A stretch of 64,000 bases of DNA from an uncultured Acidobacteriota bacterium (GCA_963824165.1 CAWGOM010000017.1:901020-965019); one strand, 5' to 3'. Shown: positions 33,590 through 44,250, counted from the first letter of the stretch. The notes: generated from the letters alone by a model not told the origin. Translations and numbers: made by a program.

Positions 33590-35460
33590 CTACCGCAGCA
33601 GCGCGGCGAGCTTCGTCTCGGCCTCGGCGTGAAGGCCGGGGGGCGCCCCGTAGAAGGCCCCCGCCGCTTTCCCCTCCCGGTCGAAGACCAGCAGCGTCGG
33701 GACGGCGCTCACGTCGCCGAAGGAGCGGACGAGGTCGGGCGGCCCGAGCACCCAGGTCAGCGGCAGGTCGAGCTCGCCCACGAGCTTGCGGACCTTCGCC
33801 TCCTCGGATTCGATCGCCACGGCCGCGACGACGATCTTCTCCCCGTAGCGCTTCTTGAGCTCGCCGAGCCAGCCGAGCGTGCCGCGACAGGGAGGGCACC
33901 AGGTCGCCCAGAACTCGACGAGCACGACGCGGCCCTTCAGGTCCTCGGGCGAGAGCTTCCTTCCGTCGAGGTCCGTCAGCGTCACCGCCGGATAGGCCGC
34001 GACCTCGCTCGACTTCGACGGCGCGGCCGCGGCGACGCGCGTCGGCCCTGCGCCCGGCAAGAAGCAGGTCGATCATGCGCGTCAGGTCCGCCTGGAACCG
34101 TTCGTGGGCGGCGGCGCTCTTGAGCGGCGCGTAGCGGCCGCCCTCTTCCTTCTGGCCCTTTCCGTAGAAGCCGAAGTCGTTGGGAGTCGCGACGAGCACG
34201 TCGTCGACGAAGATCGCCGGATAGCGCGTCACGCCGAAGCGCTTCGCGAGAACGGAGTCGCCGTAGTTCTCCGAGACGAACCGCGCCCTGCCTCCGAACT
34301 TCTGGACGACGCTCTGGGCCAGCAAACTTGCCGGGTCGGAGAGATTTCAGGTGTAGGGCCAGCGCACCAGGGTGACGGTGACCGTCGCGGGCGGCGGACG
34401 CCGGGCGGGGCCGGGCCGGCTCGAGCGCCGCGAAGTAGCGCGGCAGGACCTCGGCCACGACCGCCGAGGCCTGCGCGGGGGAGGCCCCCGCGGCGGCGGA
34501 CGCGGTCGTCGGCCTCGCCGGCCTCGAGGAACATCCGCCCGATGCTCTGGTCCACCCCGCCGGTCTCGGACAGCCGCGGGCGGAATTCCGCGAGGCGCGC
34601 CTTCGCCTGATCGGTCGTGAGCGAGGGGACGCGGCCGGACAGGGGTGCGGCGCGCAGGACCGCCTGGAGGTAGCGCAGCATCGCCCCGTACGAAAGCCCG
34701 GCGGCGTCGAGCTCGCGCGCCTCCTTCAGCGTCGAGCTCGCCGCGATGAACTCGCGGTGCCTGTCGATCGAGGCCGGGGGCCGGTAGGCGGACAGGAGCT
34801 CCCCTTCGAGCGCGTCGAGCTCGCCCTGGAGGCTGCGCACCGGCGGCGGGACGCAGGGCCGACGGCGTCGACAGCGTGCGGCAGAAGACGGCGAGGTCCC
34901 GCTGCGCCTGCGCGACCCCGAGGTAGTAGAAGCCGACCTCGGGCATCGTGTTGCGCTCGTACTCGAGGCTCGCCTCGTAGAAGACGCGCACGGCCGGCAC
35001 CGAGGCCTCGCCGACGGCGCGCACCGCGGCCGGCGTCACGCCGTCGAGGGCCTTCGGCGAGGGAGCGCCGAGCTCCGTCGCGAGGTCCGTGCCCATCCGC
35101 GCCCACGCGGCCTCGAACGCCGCGTCGCTCTTGCGCTCGGCCGCCGGCAGCCGCCCGAGATACTTCGAGGCTTCGAGGTCCGGCTGAACGCCGGCCAGGC
35201 GCTGAAGGGCGAGCAGGCGCCTTCCGTCCCGCATGGCCTCCTCGACGCGGCCCATCGCGGGCGTCGCGCTCTCCTTGATCTGGAGCCACATCTCGTCCTT
35301 CGAGTCGTTCGACCGCGAGGTACTGCGACCAGCTCTGGATCGCGGCGGCCAGCGGATCCGAGTGCGGCGGCGCGGCCGCGATCGAGGCCAGCGACGCCGT
35401 GGCGACGGCCGCGGCCGCGAGGAGGACGAGTCGAGCCGGGCGCATCGCGCCCCGGAGCAT
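33590..35460 (-). CDS. secreted multidomain thiol-disulfide oxidoreductase: helical N-domain, Trx-like domain with in-frame TGA (34349..34347), and TlpA-like domain (WCPPC); about 5 frame breaks
   Basis: Signal [46 protein letters not shown]...[11 protein letters not shown]-terminal [17 protein letters not shown]...VPTLLVFD. Confidence 0.6.
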
Positions 35461-35525
35461 CGCACGGGAGCCGGCCGCGAATCGCCGGGCGGAGCTCTCG
35501 GGCTCTCATGGGAAAGTCCTCGGGC

Positions 35526-36432
35526 CTAGTCGGACTTCCCGCCGGCCATTCGCTCGAGCTCCGCGACCTCGAGCGCGCGGACCTCGCGGGCGTCAGGGCG
35601 GCGAGCTCCTCGAGCGTGCGGGTCTTCCCCGCCTCGCTCGCGATCCGATAGCCCAGGGCGTAGCCCGGAGCGCGACGGGATGTCGAGCTCGGCGCCGCCC
35701 AGGAAGTAACCGCGCGTAGTCCTCGCGCTTCTCGCTGTCGAGCAGGCGCAGGACCTCGCCCGCGAGCCGGGGGACCATCCGCCTCGGCGATCGACGGCAT
35801 GCAGCAGATCTGCGACTCCGGCAGCTTCGGGTTCAGCCGCCGGCTGACGTAGGTCGCGAGACCCTCGGCCCACAGCGCCCAGCCGAACGGTGTCCGGATC
35901 CTCGGCCACGGCCTCGCTCGTGGTAGACGTGAAAGAGCTCGTGCACGACGAGCGGCGAGAGCTCCTCCTTCAGCCGCGCGATGACGTCGAGACCGAACAT
36001 GAGCGCGGTCTTCCCGTTCACGTCGCGCGTCGCGCCGTCGAAGGCGCCGGCCGAGTAGAGAAAGTACACGGGCGTCGAGCACTGAAAGCGCGGGAACGTC
36101 TTGCGGAACGCGTCGAGCTCCGCCGGCAGCTCCGCGGAGAGCCGTTGCGAGAGCTCCCGCATGGAAGCCTCGATCGCCGGGACCCCCTCGAGCGACTTCG
36201 GTACGAACTCCGCCGGCGGCTTCGGCACGCCGTGAAAGACGCCTTCGTAGACGGCGGCGTTGGGCTTGCGGACGAGCTCCTCGAAGAGGCGGTATTGCTC
36301 GGCCGCGGGCCTGCCCTGCGGGCCTGCTCCCAGAAGCTCCAGAACGCGGGCATCAGGTCCTTCGTCCGACAACCCGGTCCGGCAGGCGAGGGCCGCCGCC
36401 AGGGACGAGCAGTGCGGAGCGAACGGAGTCAC
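35526..36432 (-). CDS. putative Zn-metalloprotease (HExxH), DUF2268-like; several frame breaks
   Basis: SPLVVHELFHVYHE, then WAEGLATYVSRRL and GYALGYRIASEAG, traced through three frames. Confidence 0.45.
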
Positions 36433-36474
36433 GCCGTCAAGTACGGGCCGCCGCGAAGAAGTTCGCGTAGCGCG

Positions 36475-36835
36475 TTACGGTGCGCCGGCGGGTGCCAGGC
36501 CCGGTAGACCGCGAGCGACCGCGAAGGCCACGGCCGTCGCCCCGGTCACCCAGGGCAACCAGCGCTTGCCGGCCTCGACGTAGAGCCAGGTCATCGCGGC
36601 GAGAACCACGGACTCGAGCAGGTAGAAGAGCGCCTCCATGTGAGGAAAGCGAGGCTCGAGCCGGCGGTGCAGTGCCGTCCCGGCGAAGACCACGACGCCG
36701 GCCGCGACGAACAGGACGACGAAGACCCGCGTGCTCCGGCCAGTGGTCGGCCTTCGAGACGCCCTTGAGCACGAACACGATGCCGAGCAGGGCGTGGCCG
36801 ATCGAGATCATCCTCTCCTGCACTTTCGGGTTCAC
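36475..36835 (-). CDS. small membrane protein (one frame break)
   Basis: GTGA overlap with the upstream gene's stop. ISIGHALLGIVFVLKG..., ...LFYLLESVVLAAMTWLYV...VTGATAVAFAVA hydrophobic helices. Confidence 0.4.
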
Positions 36836-37593
36836 GTCAGCTTCCCCACTTCTTCCCGGCTTCGGCGGCCGCTTCCTGCATCGTCCGCGCGTGCGGCGGG
36901 CGGTAGGTCGAGCGGCGCCGCGCCCGGGAGCGCCAGCTTCGCCGGAAGGCCGACCGGCGACTGTCCGTAGAAGAGGCCGAAGAACGTGAGCGCGGCGAGA
37001 TACGTCCCGGCCGCGGTCGGATGCAGGCCGTCGGCCGAGTAGAGCTCGAGCTTCGGGTCCTTCTTCCACGCCAGGCGCCAGGCGTCTCCGGCCGGGCACA
37101 GGAGGCCGCCGACCGACTTCGCCGCGCCGGCGTAGGACTGCACGACGCCGTCGAAGTCCTGCGGCCGGGCTCGTCGAGGGCCAGACCATGTAGAGGACCG
37201 GCCGGCCCTCCCACGGCGCGGATCTCCTTCGCGAAACGCTCCGCGTACGCGCGCAGGACCGAGATCCCCTCCGGCGACGCGGACGGCCCCTGCTGCAGGA
37301 CCACGTAGTCCCAGCTCCCGACCGCGATCGCCTTCTGCGCGTCGCCCATGTTCCACTGGTCCTCGAGGCTGAAGCCCGGGCCCGTCACGGCGCGCACGAA
37401 GGGCCGCGACTTCCCGGCCGCCTCCGCGAGCGCCCGGAACATCGCCGGCAGATCGTTCGTGTAGGTCAGGCTGTTGCCGATGAAGAGGACGTGGAGCGGC
37501 GCCTCGAGCTCTTCGTCGGCCGGCTGCCTGCGCCGCGCCGCGCGGGCCGCCGCTACGAGAGCCGACGACGAGGGCGATACGAAGCCGTCTCAC
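36832..37593 (-). CDS. SGNH/GDSL-type hydrolase, secreted (about 3 frame breaks)
   Basis: Block I VLFIGNSLTYTND, GSWDYVVLQQG, and C-terminal DGLHPTAAGTYLAALTFF (the DxxH-like block). The GTG overlaps the preceding stop. Confidence 0.6.
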   Translation of the reverse strand: MRRLRIALVVGSRSGGPRGAAQAAGRRRARGAAPRPLHRQQPDLHERSAGDVPGARGGGREVAALRARRDGPGLQPRGPVEHGRRAEGDRGRELGLRGPAAGAVRVAGGDLGPARVRGAFREGDPRRGRAGRSSTWSGPRRARPQDFDGVVQSYAGAAKSVGGLLCPAGDAWRLAWKKDPKLELYSADGLHPTAAGTYLAALTFFGLFYGQSPVGLPAKLALPGAAPLDLPPAARADDAGSGRRSREEVGKLT

Positions 37594-39473
37594 GCCGGAG
37601 GCTTGACCAGGACGGGAATCGCGACGTGCGACGGGTGCGCGCTCGAGCGATAGATGCGGTGGGTCGCCGCGCGGAAGTCGGAGGCGCCCGCCTCGAAGAT
37701 GTTGGGAACGAAGGTCTGCGGGTTGCGGTCGATGACCGGAAACCACGTGCTCTGGACCTGCACCATGATCCGGTGCCCCTTGCGGAACGCGTAGCTCTGG
37801 GTGTGCAGGCTGTACGTGTAGTCGAGCACCGCGTTCGGGGCGATCGGCTCGGGCTTCTCGAAGGACTTCCGGTATCGACCGCGGAAGACCTCGTTGGAGA
37901 CCATGAGCTGATAGCCGGCGAGGTCCCAGTTCTCGGGGTAGCGCTCGGGGTAGACGTCGATCAGCTTGACGACCCAGTCGGCGTCGGAGCCGGTCGTCGA
38001 GGCGAAGAGATGCGCGACGACCTCGCCGGCGATCGTGACGTCCTCCGTCAGCGGCGCCGTCTCGAAGCTCAGCGACGTCCGCCCGGTCGTCGACGAAGCG
38101 CTGGTCCTCGACGAGCCAGGTCGGCCACTTCGAGCCGCCCGGAAAGTAGGTCGTCTGGATCGGGCGCTTGCGGTACGGGCACCGGGTGGGCGGGATCGGA
38201 GACGTAGGCGTCGAAGGCCTCCGCGGCCTTACCGGCGCCGGCCGCCGGCGGCTCGAAGGAGAGCGAGCCGTCCGGGCCGAAGTAGAGGTTGCGGACCTCG
38301 GTCCGCGCGACCGGCGGCCAGGCCTCCCAGCGCCGCCAGCGGTTCGCGCCGGCCTCGAAGGTCAGGGCCTCGGGGAGCGGCTGCGGGCCGCGGTCCTTGA
38401 GGTAGTGCGCGAACCAGGGCGCCTGGATCTCCTCGCGGAAGTGCTTCGAGGTCGCGCTGTCGAAGGGAATCGCGCCGAGCCGGTCGCCGTCGCCGCGCGT
38501 CCAGCCGCCGTGGTTCCACGGGCCGACGACGAGGCGGTTGAGGTTCTTCGGATCGCGCTTCTCGAGGGCCGCGTAGATCTGGAGAGGGCCGAAGAAGTCC
38601 TCCTGGTCCCACCAGCCGGCGACGTTCAGCGTCGGGACCCGGACCTCGCGCAGGTGCGGGATCAGCGTCTGCTTCTTCCAGAACGCGTCGTAGTCGGGGT
38701 GCTCGACGAAGTCGTTCCACGTGGGGATCTTCCCGTGGAAGAAGCGGGCGTTGACGTTGGAGAGCGGGCCCAGGTCGAGGTACCAGCCGGTAGGTGTCGT
38801 AGCGGTCGAAGTCGAAGTGCTCCAGGGCTTTTCCGCTCTCGAGCCAGTACGCGAACTCGAAGCCGTAGCTCAGGCGAAAGGCGCCGTTGTGGTGGAAAGT
38901 CGTCGCCGAGCCACATGTCCGAGGGCGAGGCCTGCGGCGAGATCGCCTTGAGCGCCGGGTGCGGCTCGAGCGCGCCCATGATCGTCGTCCAGCCCTCGTA
39001 GGACACGCCGAGCATGCCCGACCCGGCCGTTGTTGCCCGGGACGTTCTCGAGAAGCCACGCGATCGTGTCGAAGGTGTCGGTGCCCTCGTCCAGCGTCTT
39101 CGTGTCGCCGGGCGCGCGGGCCGGCCGCTGCATCACGAAGACGCCCTCCGAGCCGAACTTGCCGCGCAGGTCCTGGAAGGCGAAGACGTAGCCGTCGTCG
39201 GCGAAGGCCTTGAGCGGCCCGTCGAGCCGCTTGCGCGCCTCGCGCGATGCCGTAGGGCGTGCGCTGCATGCAGGATCGGCAGCGGGCCCGTGCGCCGCGC
39301 GCGGCGCGAAGATCTTCGTGTGGAGCTTCACGCCGTCGCGCATCGGGATCATCACGTCCGCTCGACGTAGGGCGTCCTCGACCCGGCCGGGCTGCGGTCC
39401 GGCCGCGACGGCGGCGAGCGCCGCGCACACGACGGATCGCGAGGAGAGCGAGACGGCTTTTCACGGGGCGCAT
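37590..39473 (-). CDS. CocE/NonD family hydrolase (X-Pro dipeptidyl-peptidase S15-like), many frame breaks
   Basis: VMIPMRDGVKLHTKIFAP, DDGYVFAFQDLRGKFGSEG, nucleophile motif LGVSYEGW, and a C-terminal beta-sandwich ...YRSSAHPSHVAIPVL. Confidence 0.7.
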
Positions 39474-39499
39474 TGTAGCGCCGCGGGCTCCGGTCCCCG

Positions 39500-39959
39500 C
39501 TACGTCTTCGGGTTGGCGGTCAGCGCGCAGGCGGCGATCCGCCACTTGCCGTCGGCTTCCTTCTTCCAGACGATCAGGAACTTGCTCGTCGACGGCGGGC
39601 CCGATGCGTTCGGCAGCGTGACGGCCGTCGAGCCCGTCTCCCACGCGAGGTCCCCGCCCGGCGCGACCTGAATCGAGTCGCTGTACGGCGCGGAACGTGT
39701 CGAGGCGCGGCAGCCGCTCGGCGTACATCTTCCGGATCGCGTCCTTGCCCTTCAACGCCGCCTCGCCGTTGAAGTGGACGACGGCATCCTCGGCCCAGAA
39801 CGGCATCACGGCGAGCGCGTCCTTGCGGGCCTCGGCGTCGGCGACGCCGCGGCTCGCCGCGCGGACCTCCGCCTCGGCGGCGGCCGTCGAGCCCCGGGGC
39901 GCCTCGGGAGCGTCCCGCCGGCAGGCGCACGCCAGGACCGCCGCGCCGAGAATCATCAC
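39500..39959 (-). CDS. DUF4440/SnoaL-like (NTF2 fold) protein, one frame break near 39670
   Basis: AAAEAEVRAASRGVADAEARKD...FWAEDAVVHFNGEAALKGKDAI, and the tail KFLIVWKKEADGKWRIAA. Confidence 0.5.
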
Positions 39960-40003
39960 CGGTCCGGGAAATCCTCATGTCGCTCTCCCCTGCCGCGGAA
40001 CGG

Positions 40004-40574
40004 TCAGTGCTTGTTCACGTCCTCGACCGCCCCGGTGTTCGCGTCGACGATGACGGAGAGGGGGGCGTCCCTGCCGCTCTCCTTGCTGTAGTTGATGTAC
40101 CAGGTGGCGTGCCGGTCGCTCGGCGCGGCCGCCGTGCCGAGGGAGACCGTGTAGCCCTCCTTCAGGAACGCTTCGCCGTGCGTCTTTGCGAGCGCGTAGA
40201 GCGCGGCGCCGTCCCGGTAGAAGTCCGGCTTCAGGTCCGGGATCCGGCCGGCCGACCCCGGGTTCGCCCAGCAGGTCAGCGACCCGCGGAACGTGCTGAT
40301 CGAGACGTTGGCGTTGGCCTGCGCCGAGAAGAAGGTCAGGCTCCAGGCGGTCGAGGACCCGTCGGGCTGGAGCGGACCGAGGCTGGTGTTCGTGATGCGC
40401 GCCGGCACCGCGTCCGCCTTCCAGGCCTTCGCATACTTCTCCGCCATCGCGTACATCTCGCGCGAGCTTGACCGCCGGGTTCTTCAGCTGAAGGGTCTTG
40501 CAGGCTTCCTGGGCCGGGGCGGGGCGCACGAGCAGGACTCCGGCGACGAAAAGCAGCACCCGGGTCTTCTTCAT
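40004..40574 (-). CDS. secreted hypothetical protein (one frame break near 40460)
   Basis: Signal MKKTRVLLFVAGVLLVRPAPAQ joined to ORF 40004..40456 (AEKYAKAWKADAVPARI...). No family recognised. Confidence 0.45.
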
Positions 40575-40634
40575 GGCGCGATTCTCCTTCACCTTGTTCT
40601 CGTCGTCCGGCCGGCCCCGGGGGCCAGGCCGCCG

Positions 40635-41117
40635 TCAGCCATCCGTCCGCTTCACGCCCGACACGTGCGACGAGACGGCCTTCCAGGCGCCGCCGCGCTT
40701 GATGAGCACGTTGGTGGACTGGTACTCCGACACGTACGGCCCCCTGGCGTCCTTGCCGCGAACGATGCCGGTGCCCGCGACGATCGCGGTCCCGTTCTCG
40801 AAGACCTCGAGGCGCTTGATGACGAACTGGAGCGAATCGTAGGACGGCTTGCTCTTGCGGACCCGCTCGAGCTGCTGCGCCTTGGTGGACCAGGTCCCGT
40901 CGTTGCCGATCATCTGGAACTCGTCGGCCAGGATCCGGTCGAGGAGCGCCGCGTCCTGCTCGAAGTAGGCCTTCGGCCACAGGACTTCCTTCAGGTGGCG
41001 CAGGGCCGCTTCGTCCTCGCTCTCTCGAGCGCCGGCCGCGGCCGGCCCGAAAAAAGCGGCGCCGGCGAGAACGAGCAGGCCGATCTTCGAGAGCCAACTC
41101 CCAAGCGGGCAGGTCAT
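40635..41117 (-). CDS. SnoaL-like/DUF4440 (NTF2 fold) secreted protein
   Basis: Intact. LLDRILADEFQMIGNDGTWSTKAQ...NVLIKRGGAWKAVSSH is a typical NTF2-like pattern. Confidence 0.55.
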   Translation of the reverse strand: MTCPLGSWLSKIGLLVLAGAAFFGPAAAGARESEDEAALRHLKEVLWPKAYFEQDAALLDRILADEFQMIGNDGTWSTKAQQLERVRKSKPSYDSLQFVIKRLEVFENGTAIVAGTGIVRGKDARGPYVSEYQSTNVLIKRGGAWKAVSSHVSGVKRTDG

Positions 41118-41569
41118 CGGACACCTCCATGGCGAGCGGACGGGCGCCACCGGAACCGGGGAAGGGCGATCGTACCGTTCTCGCCGAACCGCACGCCCTC
41201 CCTCTCGAGCAGGAATCGCTGGATCTGCCCCATCGGGCGCTCGCCGGACCGAAGGCTGATCCGTCCGGCGGCGTTGACGATCCGGTGCCAGGGCACGCGG
41301 CTGCCCTCGGGCAGCGCCGAGAGGGCGTAGCCGACCATCCGCGCCTGCCCCGGAAGCCCCGCGACGCCCGCGACCTGTCCGTAGGTCGCGACACGGCCCC
41401 GCGGCACGCGCGACACCGCGGCGTAGATCCGGGCGTACGACGCGCGCGGCCCGCCCTCGGCTCTCGTGACCTCCTCCTGCGAAGCCGGGCGGAAGTAGCC
41501 GGGATCGCCCGGGCCGGGGTCCAGCGGGGTTTGATCATAGCCTGAGCCTATCGAGAGGCTTCCATCCAT
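41114..41569 (-). CDS. alkyltransferase-like (ATL, MGMT-family DNA-binding domain without catalytic Cys)
   Basis: IPRGRVATYGQVAGVAGLPGQARMVGYAL and VPWHRIVNAAGRIS: Trp replaces the Cys of the PCHR motif. Start uncertain. Confidence 0.7.
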   Translation of the reverse strand: MDGSLSIGSGYDQTPLDPGPGDPGYFRPASQEEVTRAEGGPRASYARIYAAVSRVPRGRVATYGQVAGVAGLPGQARMVGYALSALPEGSRVPWHRIVNAAGRISLRSGERPMGQIQRFLLEREGVRFGENGTIALPRFRWRPSARHGGVR

Positions 41570-41578
41570 AGCCTCTAC

Positions 41579-43191
41579 CTATCGATCGGCTCCCGGCCCG
41601 TAGAGGACGCGGCCGGGCCGCGCCGCCGTGACCGAGCCGTTCTCGAGGACGATCTCGCCGTTGACGACGACGAGCGAGAACCCCTCGGAGTACTGGTGCG
41701 GCTTCTCGAAGGTCGCGGCGTCGCGCACCCGCGCCGGGTCGAAGAGGGCGAGGTCGGCCTTCATGCCCGGGCGCACGAGCCCCCGGTCGGTCAGCCCCAG
41801 GCGCGCCGCGGGGAACGACGACATCTTGCGCACGGCCTCCTCGAGCGTCAGCACGCCGCGCTCGCGGACGTAGACGGCGAGGACGCGCGCGAACGTCCCG
41901 TAGCTGCGCGGGTGCGGCACGCCCTCGCCCGGGATCGGGATCCCGCCGTCGGAGGCGATCATCGTCGCCGGGTGGCGGAGGATCCGCTCGAGGTCCTCCT
42001 CGCCGATGGCGTGGAAGATGCCGGAGCAGTCGCCCTGCGCGACGATCCAGAGCGCCGCCTCGGCCGCGCCCTCGACTGTCGGCCGGCAGCCCCCGCCTCG
42101 CCGGCCGCCTCGGCGAGGTTCTTCCCGTCGAGCGAGGCGTCCCACTCGCACTGCGCGAGGACGACGCGCTTCGGGTCGCCGCCGCCCCGCTCCTCGCGGA
42201 TGAGGCGCTCGGTCTCCTTCCGGATCCTCGCCCGCTCCTCCGGGTCGGCGAGCCGCGCAAGCGTCTTCGTCTTCGCCGCCCTCCTGCGCCCAGGCCGGCA
42301 TCAGCGCCGCGCCGACGCTCGTGGACGAGGCCGTGTAGGGATACTGATCGATGGTCGCGTCGATCCCGCGGGCGCGCGCCTCGTCGACGAGCCGCAGCGT
42401 CTCGACGCTACGGCCCCAGTTCTTCGCGCCGATGACCTTGTGGTGGGTGACCTGCGTCGGCAGCCCGCCGCGCTCGCCGATCGCGATCGTCTCCCGCACG
42501 CTCTCGAGGATCCGCCCCGCCTCGTCGCGCATGTGGGAGACGTAGATGCCGCCGCGGCACGCCGGCCACGCGCGCGAGCTCGACCACCTCGTCGGTCGTC
42601 GAGAAGGCGCCCGGCACGTAGAAGAGGCCGGAGGAGAGGCCGAAGGCGCCGTCCGCCATCCCCTGCGCGACGAGGGCGCGCATCGCGTCCATCTCGGCGG
42701 GCGTCGGGGCGCGGTCCTCCTCGCCGAGGACCTTCTCGCGAACCGAGCCCTGGCCGATGAACGTCGCCGACGTTGACGGACTTTCGGCAGCAGCTCCAGG
42801 TCGGCCAGGAACGGCGCGAGCGGCACGGGCGAGCTGCCGTCGGGCCCCTCGACGAACGTCGTCACGCCCTCGCGCAGATAGTTCTCGGCGGTCGGGACCT
42901 CGAAGATGCCGCGCCGCGCGTGACTGTGGATGTCGATGAAGCCCGGGGCGAGGACCTTGCCGCCGGCGTCGATCGACGCGCCGCGCCGGCTCGCGGATCG
43001 ACGGGGCGACGCGAACGATCGTGTCGCCGCGGATCGCGACGTCGCCGCGATACCAGGGGCTGCCGCTGCCGTCGACGATCCGGGCGTGGCGGATCACGAG
43101 GTCGTAGGGCGGCGGCGGTGTCCCGGCATCGGACCGCCCCGGCGAGACCCAGCACGGCGGCGAGGACCGCCGCGAGGGCGCCCCGGGTCAA
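41579..43191 (-). CDS. N-acyl-D-amino-acid deacylase (D-aminoacylase) family amidohydrolase, secreted; about 5 frame breaks
   Basis: VIRHARIVDGSG, APGFIDIHSH, GGIYVSHMRDE, PTQVTHHKV, IDQYPYTASST, IASDGG, ADLALFDP. Confidence 0.75.
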
Positions 43192-43379
43192 AAGTGGGCC
43201 GGCGTCAACGCTTCGTGGGGGCCCTCCGCGAGGCGCTCCTTGAAGCAGCGGCCGTGGCAGAACCAGGCCTGCGTCATCCCCTCCTCGGTCTCGACGCTCA
43301 CCGCGCACGGGTCGACCGCCGTGCGCTCGATCGCGTGACCGCAGAAGCAGCAGGGGCCGCCGATCTCCACTTCGCTCAT
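43188..43379 (-). CDS. small Cys-rich protein (63 aa)
   Basis: GGAG SD 7 nt before the ATG at 43379. MSEVEIGGPCCFCGHAI...WFCHGRCF. Its stop overlaps the TTG start of the D-aminoacylase gene. Confidence 0.4.
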   Translation of the reverse strand: MSEVEIGGPCCFCGHAIERTAVDPCAVSVETEEGMTQAWFCHGRCFKERLAEGPHEALTPAHF

Positions 43380-43425
43380 CGGTTCTCCATTCCGCCCGGT
43401 CGCGCCGGGCACGACGCATGAAATA

Positions 43426-43962
43426 TCACAGCGGGCACTTCGCGGCGATCTTCCGCACGGTCGTCACGTTGCGCAGGGTCGTCGGCATTCCGAGCGTCTT
43501 CTCCAGACGCGAGCCCCGGAGAACAGCGACTCGGAGAAGCTCGTGCGAGCAGTGCCAGTAGAGCTCGCGGCCGAAGACGCGGAAAGTCGTCCGTCGCGGT
43601 CGCGCCCGCGCGCAGCGCCCGGACGGCGGCCGCCGGGGGCCTGCCGGACAGGAACCCGACGTAGAGCCTGTCCCCGTCGCCGAGCTCGAACGGCTCTCGC
43701 CTCGCGGCCTCGGCGAGCTCCGCGGGCGTGCGCAGGAACGTCGCCACCTCGTAGCCGAGAGCCGTCTTCGAGGCTCGCCGGCGAGCTTCGCCGCCAGCGC
43801 CGGCTCGCTCTGCGAAGGCGAGGAGAAGATCACGTTGCCGCTGGCGATCACGGTCTCGACGTCGGTGCAGCCGGCCTTCTCGAAGATCCGCCGGAGCGCG
43901 TCCATCTTGACGACGTGGCCGCCGACGTTGATGGCGCGCAGGAATGCGACGTACCGGGCCAT
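43426..43962 (-). CDS. DUF1697 family protein (2 frame breaks)
   Basis: MARYVAFLRAINVGGHVVKMDALRRIFEKAGCTDVETVIASGNVIF is the characteristic DUF1697 N-terminus. C-terminus ...TLRNVTTVRKIA. Confidence 0.65.
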   Translation of the reverse strand: MARYVAFLRAINVGGHVVKMDALRRIFEKAGCTDVETVIASGNVIFSSPSQSEPALAAKLAGEPRRRLSATRWRRSCARPRSSPRPRGESRSSSATGTGSTSGSCPAGPRRPPSGRCARARPRRTTFRVFGRELYWHCSHELLRVAVLRGSRLEKTLGMPTTLRNVTTVRKIAAKCPL

Positions 43963-43964
43963 GC

Positions 43965-44250
43965 CTACCGCAAGCGCCACGCCGCAGCGCGGGCAGAAGC
44001 TCGGGTTGGCGCCCCTCCCGAGAGTAACGCCCGCACGCCGGGCAGCGCCAGTTCTGGAGACGTGAAGACGAAGATCGCCGCCATCGCGCCGAAGAGAAGC
44101 AGGATCCCCGGGGCGCGGTTTACGAAGCCTGGCGGTCGGGCATGATCAGGAGCAGGATCGCGCCCAGCCCGATCACGACCGCGACGGCGATCTGGCGCCG
44201 CCGCCGCGTCGCGAACTCGGCCTTGAATCCCGAGAGCTGCTCCTGCGTGT
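43965..44250 (-). CDS. small membrane protein with C-terminal zinc ribbon (frames broken; ends uncertain)
   Basis: VEYTQEQLSGFKAEFATRRRRQIAVAVVIGLGAILLLI, a second helix ILLLFGAMAAIFVF, then WRCPACG...FCPRCG. Confidence 0.3.

Noticed and set aside
34325-34349. Alternative reading of the 34349..34347 TGA as an ordinary stop, with a new gene starting at TTG 34325.
   Set aside because: This is not fully rejected but disfavoured. The downstream piece would then start in the middle of a thioredoxin fold, lacking beta-1 and the active-site turn. There is also no SD in the 21-nt spacer. It is kept as the refutation scenario for the selenoprotein finding.
43950-44060. Zinc-ribbon membrane ORF running in frame into DUF1697 (…FCPRCGVALAVG-MARYVAFL…).
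   Set aside because: Three frames are needed to read the small protein, and a TAG is present in a neighbouring frame at 43965-43967. With this error density, the fusion cannot be trusted.
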